A DNA stretch of 64,000 nt from an uncultured Acidobacteriota bacterium (GTDB lineage: Bacteria > Acidobacteriota > Terriglobia > 20CM-2-55-15): assembly GCA_963836435.1 (NCBI GenBank), contig CAWIJI010000006.1, forward strand, positions 62,956 to 126,955, written 5' to 3'. Below, in pieces: positions 1 through 9,448 of the stretch. A program made the position numbers and the translations under genes. The notes under the pieces were generated by a model. The model worked only from the letters and a program-made list of their open reading frames with translations. It was not told the DNA's origin and made no database searches. The number at the start of each line of letters is the position of its first letter. Positions within the stretch are counted from its first letter, which is position 1.

Positions 1-1
1 C

Positions 2-229
2 GGACACAAAACACTGGAACGGATCGGCCTGGTTCCTATCGACAGCCGCGTTTTAAATGACGCCGCCCTGCTCAAACCCGCGACACTGCGGTCACTCGAC
101 GCGATTCATCTGGCAACCGCAATCTCATTGCGCCATGAACTGGGTGGCGTTGTCACCTATGACGTTCGCTTATCGGCTGCCGCGTCAGCTTCCAAATTGA
201 CTGTTCTGGCTCCAGGCTCGGAGCCCTGA
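2..229 (+). CDS. PIN-domain (VapC-like) toxin, C-terminal fragment truncated by the window start
   Basis: Frame +2 translation ...LRSLDAIHLATAISLRHELGGVVTYDVRLSAAA... is typical of the C-terminal half of a VapC PIN domain. The 5' end lies outside the window. Confidence 0.45.
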   Translation, partial: GHKTLERIGLVPIDSRVLNDAALLKPATLRSLDAIHLATAISLRHELGGVVTYDVRLSAAASASKLTVLAPGSEP

Positions 230-427
230 CGTGTGCGCCCCCGTCGCCCCTCGTCTCCTCAGCGGTTGCACCGATTCCGGAGCATCGAGGGCGAACTGCA
301 GCGCCAGGTTCCCGCTATTGGAGTGACAAAAGATGCCGGCATGCACCAGCACGACCGGCTCCCCGTCTCCGCGCACGGCATATTCAAGTTCGATGTATTC
401 AAGCACCGCCCGCTCGATTCGGTTCAT
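185..427 (-). pseudogene. alpha/beta-hydrolase N-terminal remnant
   Basis: The ORF begins with ...PVVLVHAGIF..., which resembles an alpha/beta hydrolase N-terminus, but then degenerates after about 35 aa. It overlaps neighbouring genes. Confidence 0.2.
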
Positions 428-2010
428 CGGGCCCCACTCGCCTGGTCGTCGGCCACACGGACATCCACAACGAGCGGCTCCGTCTTCTCAATGCGGACAG
501 GCTTACCCGATGCTTCGTACTTCTTCATGAACTCCGCATTCAGATAGGCGGAGCCAGGCAGCTCGGTCCACGCGAATAAGTGATAGGTGCCTGGAGCGAT
601 GCCGCGCAGCTCGAAGAGGCCATTGATGTCTGTCGGCCCGGCTTTGTAGAGCGGTGCTGCACCGCGCAGGGGCGCATCCGGAACAAGAGCGACGACACCG
701 TGCGCCACTGCCTCGCCTTTCGAGTTGGTCGCGGTGCCGCGAAGTTCGGCGCCATGGCTTCCGAGTCGGATATCGAACTCGGTGTCGCTCGAGATCTGGA
801 TGCCATTGGCGAGGATGTCACGGCCTGCAACCGTTGCGGATTTGACGTACGCATCCGGCTGCATCCCCTGCAGTCCGAAGCTGAAATGGCCCGGGGCAAC
901 CGCGTTATTGTTGCATGCCGCCAGACTAAAAGGCTCGCTGCCAACGAGCCGGCACGCCAGCGGGCGAGGTTGCACCAACGGAACTTCATCCATGCTGAAA
1001 TTTCCCTTGAGCCTCACCCCAGGTCTCATTTCGACATCCTGTGTTACTTCCTCAGTTCCCACCACAACCTGGGTGCGGCCCCAGTCTCCGGCGGTACTAC
1101 CCAGCCCCGAGCTCACGACGACGTCGTAGGTCCCGGGAGCAAGCGTAAAGGAGAACTCACTCCTCTCGGAGGTGCCGAGGAGTAATCGGGACGGCAATAC
1201 GGTGACCTGAGAGATGCCCATGACGAACGGAGCGCCGTCGCGCACATAGTGCAGCGTCACTTTCGTTGTCAGCGGCGGTGGCGGCAACGCGATGGTGCCC
1301 AGCCGCATTTCTTCGCCCGATTCGACATGGATCGGAGTCGCGTGCGCCTCGTCCGTGTTCCCGGGCACGAAGGTAGTGGAGCCTCCGCCGGTGACGCTCA
1401 CGTAGTAGTCGCCGGGCGATAACCCATAGAGCCGGAACTCGCCGAGGTCGTTGCCGCGCGTGAAAGACCAGGCAGTTCCGGGATAGGAGAGGCCGGGGAC
1501 GCCGGCCAGGCTGCGCTTGCCGTAGTCGTCATACCTGTAGATCTGGAGGCTGACGCTCCCGGAGGTTCCCGGAAACGCGTTGCCTTTGCTGTCAATCACC
1601 CGCCCGCTGATAACGGCTTCGCGCTCTACCTGAAGTTGCAGATCTCGAATTGTCTGCTGCGCTGTCAAGTCCACCCAGGTGCCCGGCTCGCGCGGGTATT
1701 GCAGGGGCACAGGAGGCGCAAAAACGAAGCCGTCCTTTGAAGGGACAACGCGATAGCGCCCGGGTTTTGCCGCAACGGTGAAGCGCCCCTCCGCATCCGC
1801 TACACCTTCACCGGACGTTGGCAAGGCACCAAATTGAAACGTCGGCATCGACTCTGCATACAGCGTCACCTTCGCTCCCCCGACGGGCCGGGCGGTCCCT
1901 TTCTCCCGGACGATTCCCTCAATCGCTGAAGTGGATTCCGGGGTTTGAGCGCGAAACCGGGTCGGTTGAAGCGATAGAGCCAAAACGATTACAAGAGCTG
2001 AACGTTTCAC
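424..2010 (-). CDS. secreted carboxypeptidase regulatory-like (CarboxypepD_reg) domain protein
   Basis: It has a signal peptide (MKRSALVIVLALSLQ...AQT). It carries repeated CarboxypepD_reg motifs (GRYRVVPSKDGFVF, EFRLYGLSPGDYYVSV) and a conserved C-terminal ...YHLFAWTELPG... region. This family is heavily expanded in Acidobacteria. Confidence 0.75.
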   Translation of the reverse strand: MKRSALVIVLALSLQPTRFRAQTPESTSAIEGIVREKGTARPVGGAKVTLYAESMPTFQFGALPTSGEGVADAEGRFTVAAKPGRYRVVPSKDGFVFAPPVPLQYPREPGTWVDLTAQQTIRDLQLQVEREAVISGRVIDSKGNAFPGTSGSVSLQIYRYDDYGKRSLAGVPGLSYPGTAWSFTRGNDLGEFRLYGLSPGDYYVSVTGGGSTTFVPGNTDEAHATPIHVESGEEMRLGTIALPPPPLTTKVTLHYVRDGAPFVMGISQVTVLPSRLLLGTSERSEFSFTLAPGTYDVVVSSGLGSTAGDWGRTQVVVGTEEVTQDVEMRPGVRLKGNFSMDEVPLVQPRPLACRLVGSEPFSLAACNNNAVAPGHFSFGLQGMQPDAYVKSATVAGRDILANGIQISSDTEFDIRLGSHGAELRGTATNSKGEAVAHGVVALVPDAPLRGAAPLYKAGPTDINGLFELRGIAPGTYHLFAWTELPGSAYLNAEFMKKYEASGKPVRIEKTEPLVVDVRVADDQASGAR

Positions 2011-2117
2011 TGGAACTTCCTCTGGGCAATGCCGGGTTCAATCAGGTTTTTGACATTGTACGGCGGAATGTAACCGTTTGGAGGTAGTTGATTCGACAAT
2101 CGGACACTCTCGACCTA

Positions 2118-2933
2118 TTACTCCCCGGGCTTCAGCCCTGGCCGCTCCACAATCTCGATGCGAGTTCCGCCGGGCCCGAGGATAAAGAAGAAATTGGCGC
2201 CGGGGCCATTCGGCAGAGTGAGCGGACGCGGCTGGCTCGTGATTTGAACCTGCTTTCCCTCGAGCATCGTTTTCGTGTCGTTGATCGGCGCTGTTGAGCG
2301 CCAGCCGAGGTGATCGATCGTCCGTCCCTGGCTCGCCACGGATTCTCCGGGCGCAATCAGAACGTAGACCGTCGAGAAGCCGCCGCCACCATACTTCACA
2401 GCGTCCATCTGGCCTTTCAGCTTCGTGCGCTCGCCACCGAACTTGTCGAGAAGCCATGCGTAACCGGTCTCCGGGTCCGGCATGCGCAACTGCACATGGT
2501 GAAAGCCGAGCAAGTCCGGGTCCTGCACGAGCTGGATCTGGGTACCCCACGGATCCTCGATGAGAGCGGTTTTGTAGAGACCCGGCACATTCCTTACCGG
2601 CTCGACGACCTTCGTGTCGATCGCCGCAAGCTCCCGCATCTTTGCGTCGAGGTCCGCAACAGAAAAGCCGAGATGTTCGGTCACGGTGCCCTGACTGCCG
2701 CCGGTGGCACGCCCGCCCTGAAACAAAAGACGCACGGCGCCATAGATGAGGCGATCCGGACCTTCAGGATGGCGCCGGCCGCCCGGGATGTTCTTCTCCC
2801 ACCAGGCGCTGGCCTCGGCTGCCGGCTCGATCAGATGGATGTGGTCGTAGGGCATCATCGTCTTCGATTGCGCGGTGAGGCCGGCTACGGCGCCCACAAG
2901 CAGAACGACGGCAAACATGGAAGTGGATTTCAT
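2118..2933 (-). CDS. secreted VOC (glyoxalase/bleomycin-resistance fold) family protein, two tandem VOC domains
   Basis: Signal peptide MKSTSMFAVVLLVGAVAGLTAQS. Two glyoxalase-like halves are present (HIHLIEP..., HHVQLRMPDPE..., IDHLGWRS...). The start is taken at the Met preceding the signal peptide rather than the ORF-track start at 2984. Confidence 0.65.
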   Translation of the reverse strand: MKSTSMFAVVLLVGAVAGLTAQSKTMMPYDHIHLIEPAAEASAWWEKNIPGGRRHPEGPDRLIYGAVRLLFQGGRATGGSQGTVTEHLGFSVADLDAKMRELAAIDTKVVEPVRNVPGLYKTALIEDPWGTQIQLVQDPDLLGFHHVQLRMPDPETGYAWLLDKFGGERTKLKGQMDAVKYGGGGFSTVYVLIAPGESVASQGRTIDHLGWRSTAPINDTKTMLEGKQVQITSQPRPLTLPNGPGANFFFILGPGGTRIEIVERPGLKPGE

Positions 2934-3058
2934 GCGCGGAAGAATACTCCGTCTTCCCATCAAGTCCTCCGGAGAATTCGTCATCCCTTGAATTCGGATC
3001 CCCGAGTTCTGTTCGGTTCAGGCGAGTAGTCCCGGCTCCGAGCCGGATCTCGGCTAGA

Positions 3059-5341
3059 ATGGACCGCATGAAACCCGTGATCACGACGCTTTTTGGACTT
3101 GCACTCGCCCTGGCAGGCGCTGCGCAAAATACGTCGCCCGAATCGAACTTCGCGGCAACGCTGAGTTTCGAAAGCACTCCGCCCGGCGTGTATCCGAACG
3201 GATGGAGCGGCGGCCCGGCGGACACGATCCACCTGGATCAACAAATCGTTCACGAAGGGAAATCGGCGGTCCGGATCGAGCGAACTCCTTCCAGCGCGAA
3301 CGGGTTCAGCACGCTGACGCGAATGATTCCGCTGGACTTCAGTGGAACGCGACTCGAGTGGCGGGGTTTTCTGCGAACAGAGGGTGTGACCGGATACGTG
3401 GGACTGTGGATGCGCGAGGATGGCGAAACGCCGAATCTTGCATTCGACAACATGCAGCAGCGCCAGGTGAGTGGCACCCGCGACTGGAAAGAGTATTCCA
3501 TCACGCTGCCCATCCACCGCAACGCCCGCCAACTCTACTTTGGCGTTCTGCTTTCAGGCACCGGAAAGGCCTGGGCGGACGATCTGCAACTGCTTGTCGA
3601 TGGGAAACCCGTATGGGACGCGCCCAGAGCCGTTCGCCCGCTCACATCGATCGAGAAAGACCACGAGTTCGATTCGGGCTCCCGGATCGTGGTCACAGAC
3701 CTGTCGAAGAGTCAGATCGAGAACCTCAGCCTGTTGGGCAAGGTGTGGGGTTTCTTGAAATATCACCATCCCGCGGTCGTCGCAGGGGAGCGTCACTGGG
3801 ATTACGATTTGTTTCGCATCTTGCCGAAGGTGGTCGCGGCAAGCGACCGGCCGGCCGCCCAGCGCGTACTGGTCGACTGGATTCGCAGTCTTGGGGACAT
3901 CCCCGCGTGCAGCGCGTGCCTTGCCCTGCCCGCGGTCAACCTCCAAAAGGTTCCCTCGCTCGACTGGATCCGCCAGGAATCGCTCGTCGGGCGCGATCTC
4001 GCGGCATTGTTGTACCGGATCTACAGGGGCCGCACGCGCACGGAACAGTTCTACGTCTCTCTGGCGCCGAACGTCGGGAATCCGGTTTTCGATCACGAAT
4101 TGGGATACCTCGCGTTGCACTTCCCGGAGGCCGGATACCAGATTCTTTCTCTCTACCGCCTCTGGAATATCGTGGAGTATTGGTATCCGAACCGCGACAT
4201 TCTGGGCGAGAAATGGGATGACGTGCTGAGCGAGTTCATTCCCAGGATGGCGCTTGCGAAGACGCGCGAGGCCTATGAAATGGAAACCCTGCAGCTTATT
4301 GGCCGCATCACGGATACCCACGCCAACCTCTGGAGCTTGCCTGCGGCACGACGCCCGCCCGCGGGCCCTTGTCAACTCCCGGTGGTGACGCGGTTCGTCG
4401 AAGACACGGCCGTCGTCACAGGATTTTCGGAATCCGTCCTGGGTCCGGCCACTGGGCTGAAACGCGGCGACATCATTGAGAGTCTCGACGGCGCGTCCGT
4501 CAAGGACCTCGTCGAAAGGTGGATCCCCTACTATCCCGCCTCGAACCGCCCGACGCAGTTGCGCGATATCGGGCGGGCGCTGACACGCGGGAGCTGCGGC
4601 ACGGTACATGTCGGCATCCGACGCGAAAGTGAAGGCACGATGCTAGAGACATCGAGGGTGCCGGTCGCCGGTCTCGACGCCATGGCAGGGCTGACGCACG
4701 ATCTTCCCGGCGCCACATTCAGGTTATTCTCGAACGACGTCGCCTACCTGAAACTGTCTTCCGTCCAGGCCCAGCAAGCAAGATCGTACGTTCAGCAGGC
4801 GTTGGGAACCAAGGGTCTGATCGTCGACATACGCAACTATCCCGCCGAGTTTGTCGTCTTTGCCCTCGGAAGCCTTCTGGTCGACCGGCCCACGCCGTTC
4901 GTTCGTTTCTCATCCGCGGACCTGGAAAATCCCGGTGCTTTCGGGTGGGGCGCGCCTATTCAGCTCCTGCCGCAACAGCCCCATTACCCGGGCAAGATCG
5001 TCATCCTCACCGACGAAGTTTCCCAGAGTCAGGCCGAATACACCGCGATGGCCCTTCGGTCCGCGCGCAATGCCATCGTCGTGGGCAGCACCACGGCAGG
5101 AGCCGATGGCGATGTTTCGCAAATCCCGCTTCCCGGAGGGCTGACCACGATGATCAGCGGCCTGGGCGTGTTCTACCCGGATTTGAAACCGACACAGCGT
5201 GTCGGCATCATCCCGGACATTGAAGTCCGTCCGACCGCGGCAGGTCTGGGAGCCGGCCGGGACGAAGTCCTCGAGCGCGCACTGCGCGAGATCCTCGGCA
5301 CCGAGATTCCCGCTGCCGAGATCGAAAGACTGGCGCGCTGA
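3059..5341 (+). CDS. S41-family C-terminal processing peptidase with PDZ domain
   Basis: Signal peptide, a PDZ-like GLKRGDIIESLDGASVKDL segment, and an S41 core (IVDIRNYPAE...ILTDEVSQSQAEYTAMALRSARNAIVVGSTTAG). Confidence 0.8.
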   Translation: MDRMKPVITTLFGLALALAGAAQNTSPESNFAATLSFESTPPGVYPNGWSGGPADTIHLDQQIVHEGKSAVRIERTPSSANGFSTLTRMIPLDFSGTRLEWRGFLRTEGVTGYVGLWMREDGETPNLAFDNMQQRQVSGTRDWKEYSITLPIHRNARQLYFGVLLSGTGKAWADDLQLLVDGKPVWDAPRAVRPLTSIEKDHEFDSGSRIVVTDLSKSQIENLSLLGKVWGFLKYHHPAVVAGERHWDYDLFRILPKVVAASDRPAAQRVLVDWIRSLGDIPACSACLALPAVNLQKVPSLDWIRQESLVGRDLAALLYRIYRGRTRTEQFYVSLAPNVGNPVFDHELGYLALHFPEAGYQILSLYRLWNIVEYWYPNRDILGEKWDDVLSEFIPRMALAKTREAYEMETLQLIGRITDTHANLWSLPAARRPPAGPCQLPVVTRFVEDTAVVTGFSESVLGPATGLKRGDIIESLDGASVKDLVERWIPYYPASNRPTQLRDIGRALTRGSCGTVHVGIRRESEGTMLETSRVPVAGLDAMAGLTHDLPGATFRLFSNDVAYLKLSSVQAQQARSYVQQALGTKGLIVDIRNYPAEFVVFALGSLLVDRPTPFVRFSSADLENPGAFGWGAPIQLLPQQPHYPGKIVILTDEVSQSQAEYTAMALRSARNAIVVGSTTAGADGDVSQIPLPGGLTTMISGLGVFYPDLKPTQRVGIIPDIEVRPTAAGLGAGRDEVLERALREILGTEIPAAEIERLAR

Positions 5342-5873
5342 GCCCGGAGCGGACTGGTGAATTCGGGCCCGGGTTCATCTGGGTCATCAGGGAGATAACG
5401 CTACCTCACCCGAAATGAATCCAATGTCACCCGAATCAACGCCGCCCGAATCAAACGAATCGCGTGAACGGAGAACCGGGTTTTTGGTGCGGTTATCGGC
5501 TGTTACGTTGAATCCCGTAAGGTTTTCAGCCCACCGCGGAGCGGTGCCACGGGAAAAACCTTGTGGCATTGCCCTCGCCGCTAGCGGAAATCCTGCCACC
5601 GCGGCTGGCTGACAACTGCGGAGGTGACGAATTCCGAATAACTCCGAAGTCCGGCCGGCACAGCATTGGCCTTGAGATGGGCATCGAGAATGGCCGATTG
5701 GACATGGCCGGCGATCGGGATTTCGTTATCCCGAAGACGCTTCGCTACTCGCGATGTAGGTGAGCCACGGGGGGCAGGCAGAACCCGAGCGAAATTTCGG
5801 CAACACGCTGTTGATTATAAACGGCTCCGCGTGTTGCGCCTGATATCGACCGATTCCCAACCCTCCTGCGTTT

Positions 5874-6815
5874 TCAGCGGCGAATTTGAACGCGATAATC
5901 CGGCGGACCGGCTCGCACGCTGATCACCTTGGTCCCGGGATCGCCCGGCGTTGTGGAGTTATAGGTCAGGACATATTGGCCGCGAAGTTCGACGGCGATC
6001 TGCTGCACGAAATCGATCATGCGTTCAATGGTGTAATCGCTCAGCAAATCGGGAATATCGACCACGATCGAATACCCTCCGCTGTCTGCCGCAATCATCC
6101 GAAGAACGGACTCCTCGTAGGTGCTCTTGCCGGGCTCGGCGTCTTCACCCGGAACGCCCCACGCGTCCCATCGCATCCCAAAGGTATATACCGGGGTTTC
6201 CTGTTCGCGCACTATCGCCTGCAAGTCTTCGATCTTGTCGCCGCTCGTGTCGTGGACGTCCGTAATGACGACGAGAGCGCGGTTTCGATTCCTGGCCTTC
6301 CTGCGGATTTCTTTCAGCGCATCGCCGACGGCCTTGTAGAGATGTGTGGCGCCGCCAACGACGTTATTCCTGTTCAGCAGGTCGGTCACTTTCTTCTTGT
6401 CGGACGTGAATCCCTGTTTGACGGTCATCTTATCGTCGAACGTCATGAAGAGGTATTCGTCCCCGGGTTTCGTCAACGTCACGACGACCCGCGCCGCGCC
6501 GTCAGCGGCAAGCAAAGCTGCTGGAACCCTTTCTCTGCCTTGAACGGCGACGGGCAGCCTCATGCTCGTGCTCTTATCGAGAAGAATCCCCAGGCTGATC
6601 GGAATGTCCGGATCCGCGCTGAAGTTCGTCACCTGCTGCGCAACGCCGTTTTCTTCGATCGCGAAATCGGTTTGCGTCAGGTTCGCCACGTACTGTCCTG
6701 CGGGGTTGGTGACGGTGACGATCAGACTTTGCGGGACGCCCTGCGGCGTCGGCGCCGGTCTTGCAGCCTGCGCCAGGGTCGCCGCGAACATGAGGGTAAA
6801 CGCCGTCGATTTCAT
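5874..6815 (-). CDS. secreted VWA (von Willebrand factor A)-related domain protein, Acidobacterial type
   Basis: Signal peptide plus a VWA MIDAS-like ...ISLGILLDKSTSM... segment. The architecture matches Acidobacterial 'VWFA-related' proteins. Confidence 0.65.
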   Translation of the reverse strand: MKSTAFTLMFAATLAQAARPAPTPQGVPQSLIVTVTNPAGQYVANLTQTDFAIEENGVAQQVTNFSADPDIPISLGILLDKSTSMRLPVAVQGRERVPAALLAADGAARVVVTLTKPGDEYLFMTFDDKMTVKQGFTSDKKKVTDLLNRNNVVGGATHLYKAVGDALKEIRRKARNRNRALVVITDVHDTSGDKIEDLQAIVREQETPVYTFGMRWDAWGVPGEDAEPGKSTYEESVLRMIAADSGGYSIVVDIPDLLSDYTIERMIDFVQQIAVELRGQYVLTYNSTTPGDPGTKVISVRAGPPDYRVQIRR

Positions 6816-6893
6816 TGCGAGCGATCATACATGCTCCCGAATGACGACGCCAAGACGTCTCGAAGCAACGATTCGGGATAGAATACCGCCACC

Positions 6894-7943
6894 TTGAAGA
6901 CCACATCCGCACTACGGCTGGCAATCATTGTCCTTATCAGCGTCGACCTCACATGCGTTGTGCTATCTCAGGGACGCGGAGGCGGAGGCGGAGGCGGGGG
7001 CGGCGCGCGGGGGCAAGCGCCGGCGCGCGGCGCGGGGACGGCGCGCGGGGCCGCCCGGGGCGCGGCTGGAAACCGAGGCGGACCGGCTCGCGGAGAAAGG
7101 CGTGGGCCGAGGCCTCAGGAGCTTCGGCCGGACGACGGACTGGTGACGATGTACGTCACGGTGACCGGCAAGGATCATCGCGCAACCCCAGGGCTGGGGC
7201 GGTCGAATTTCCAGGTTCTTGAAGATGGCGTCGAACAGAAAATCGAGGCGTTTTCCGTGGAAGCCGGCACCATAACAGCTGGATTCATTGTCGGCGGCGA
7301 TCCGAGTGAATTTCGCGGCATCGCTCCCGCTTTCCTGAAAGCAACGCCCTGGGAAGACGAGTATTTCGTGCTGGTGGACACTGGGAGGCCGCCAGGGGGA
7401 ACGGTGATTCAGAACTTCACGACGGATGCGCAGAGGATTCCCCGTAATTTTTTTGTTGGGGGCGTCACGCCGGATTCCATCTACGTCGGCATCGACTACA
7501 TGAAGGAGGCGGCAAATCGCCGCAAGGTTTTGCTCCTGTTCGGTGGATCGTTGAATACGGACGGCTCTCCGCGAAACGGTCTGGACCCTAATTACGTTGT
7601 CCGGATGGCCACCAGGGAAGGCGTTCAGGTGTACTCGATTCTCACGAACAACGACGGGGGGACCACGTTCGACGACGGCGGAACGTCCGATATCGCGCCG
7701 CTTACCGGAGGGCGTTCCTACACAACGTACGCTTCTTCCGGCGCACTCGAAACCATCGCGGAAGAAATTGCTGCGGGACTCGGAGTGCAGTATTTCATCG
7801 CCTATCGCACCACGAATCCGGAGAAGGACGGAAAGTGGCGAAGCATCAAGGTTCAGTTAACCGGCGTCCCGGAGGAACTCGGAAAACTTGCTGTGCAAAC
7901 GCGGTCCGGCTACTACGCGGAAAAAGACAAGAAATCCAGATAG
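6894..7943 (+). CDS. secreted VWA-related domain protein with N-terminal Gly/Arg-rich low-complexity segment
   Basis: Signal peptide, then the low-complexity run QGRGGGGGGGGGARGQAPARGAGTARGAARGAAGNRGGPARGERRGP, then a VWA-like body (MYVTVTGKDH...LLLFGGS...). It is divergent from the 5874..6815 paralog. Confidence 0.55.
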   Translation: MKTTSALRLAIIVLISVDLTCVVLSQGRGGGGGGGGGARGQAPARGAGTARGAARGAAGNRGGPARGERRGPRPQELRPDDGLVTMYVTVTGKDHRATPGLGRSNFQVLEDGVEQKIEAFSVEAGTITAGFIVGGDPSEFRGIAPAFLKATPWEDEYFVLVDTGRPPGGTVIQNFTTDAQRIPRNFFVGGVTPDSIYVGIDYMKEAANRRKVLLLFGGSLNTDGSPRNGLDPNYVVRMATREGVQVYSILTNNDGGTTFDDGGTSDIAPLTGGRSYTTYASSGALETIAEEIAAGLGVQYFIAYRTTNPEKDGKWRSIKVQLTGVPEELGKLAVQTRSGYYAEKDKKSR

Positions 7944-8147
7944 GCCGGCCAGCCCGGAAAATAGCGTCCCCCGGCGTCATTTCGGAGACATCCTTCACGG
8001 AACGCCCCCCGGACTGAACATAACAGGCGTTGAACAATACCAACGCCAGAATGAGGGACGCCGCAAAGCAAAGAAGATTCCTATCTACGGTCCACCGAAG
8101 CCGCCTAATCGTGTAGTTGTGTCCACGACGAATTCCTGGATATTACA

Positions 8148-9368
8148 TTAGTTTTTTGGATAAGTCGGCAAAAGCACGCGATTACCAAACACGGCCTTCA
8201 AACCTTCGATTGCGCAATTCTCGTCAGCACCGGCGCCGGGTAGGCCGCCCACACCAATGGCTCCGATCATTTCGCCATCGACGACAATCGGAAGCCCGCC
8301 GGAGTTGGTGAAGAAACCGAATTGGACCAGCTGCCGCGGCAGTCCGCTCGGATCATTGCTCAGTTGGGCGTCGCGAATCGAAGTAGGTTGCCGGGTTTGC
8401 AGCGCGGTCTGGGCTTTGAGCATGCTCGTGTGCATGTTGTTATAGAGCATGCCGTCGCCGCGTTCCTGGTGGACGAGCGTGCCGTGAGTATCAAAGATAT
8501 AAATCGAAACGGCGCCGCCTCTTCCTGCGCCCCAATCGCGACAGGTTCGCGCGATCTTCCTGGCCGCTTCGCCTGAAATCTGATTGCCGTCAAAGATCGC
8601 GGCTGCAGCGCGGCCGGATACGACAAATTCCGGAGGAAGAGAAGATTTTGGCGTCGCATCTTGCGGCAGATTGAAGGTCGGAACCGGGGCGTTTCCGCGG
8701 TTGACTGGCGCGCGAGGCGGCAAATCTTGAATCAACGGCGGCTGAGGGCCTACCACTTCGGTGAGCGCTTTGTGAGCGCAAATCTCGTCGCTCCATCCTC
8801 CCTCCAGACGTGGCGGCGAGCCACCCACGCCGATCGCGCCGATCATCTGATCGTTGACAATAATCGGCAATCCCCCCGCGTTCGGGTACAACCCGATTTG
8901 TATTTGCTGCAGCTCGGTATCCGGATTCTGAACGACGCGATTCATGCGTGCCTTGCTCGGCTGGTGTGTCAGCACCGCCGTGCGCGCCTTCATTTCGGCA
9001 GTCACGATGCTGATGTAACCCTGACCATCCATGCGATGCATGTATACGTGATTGCCCTCGTTATCGAGGATGTAAATGCTGATCCCGACATTCTCTTTTC
9101 GCGCAAAATTCTCGCATGCTTCCACAATGCGCTCGGCAGTCGCAAGATTGATCATCGAGAAATCATGAATGCGCTTCGCTGCTTCGCCGCTGACGACAAA
9201 TGGTGACGTCGGTGCGGTCTGCGCGGAAGCGGTGGCAGTGAAAATCAACGCACCAAGCAAACTGGCAGCCCATCGTGGGAGGACCCGACACGTGTGAAAA
9301 GGCCGCCGAAGGCGGTGTACCGAACTGATGGGGACGGTGGGCCCGACGCCAAAATGGATACGTCTCAT
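8148..9368 (-). CDS. tandem GlcG/HbpS-like (DUF336) heme-binding domain protein, secreted
   Basis: Two DUF336 modules are present, each ending in ...MIGAIGVGG(S/L)P.... The start is placed at MRRIHF rather than the ORF-track Met at 9500. Confidence 0.6.
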   Translation of the reverse strand: MRRIHFGVGPTVPISSVHRLRRPFHTCRVLPRWAASLLGALIFTATASAQTAPTSPFVVSGEAAKRIHDFSMINLATAERIVEACENFARKENVGISIYILDNEGNHVYMHRMDGQGYISIVTAEMKARTAVLTHQPSKARMNRVVQNPDTELQQIQIGLYPNAGGLPIIVNDQMIGAIGVGGSPPRLEGGWSDEICAHKALTEVVGPQPPLIQDLPPRAPVNRGNAPVPTFNLPQDATPKSSLPPEFVVSGRAAAAIFDGNQISGEAARKIARTCRDWGAGRGGAVSIYIFDTHGTLVHQERGDGMLYNNMHTSMLKAQTALQTRQPTSIRDAQLSNDPSGLPRQLVQFGFFTNSGGLPIVVDGEMIGAIGVGGLPGAGADENCAIEGLKAVFGNRVLLPTYPKN

Positions 9369-9448
9369 CGATCCTCCTCTGGGCCGCCAGCAATCAGCAC
9401 CGGCGCAGTCCCGATCTTGGCCGCGCTGGGCATGCCCTCCGTGGCTGC

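Noticed and set aside
3554-4609. 351-aa minus-strand ORF inside the S41 peptidase gene (the same applies to 5886..6881, 9719..11071, 27264..28007, 47195..48136, 53847..54650 and 58022..58714)
   Set aside because: All are antisense or overlapping ORFs inside genes whose sense-strand products have strong family signatures. This is a typical high-GC artefact.
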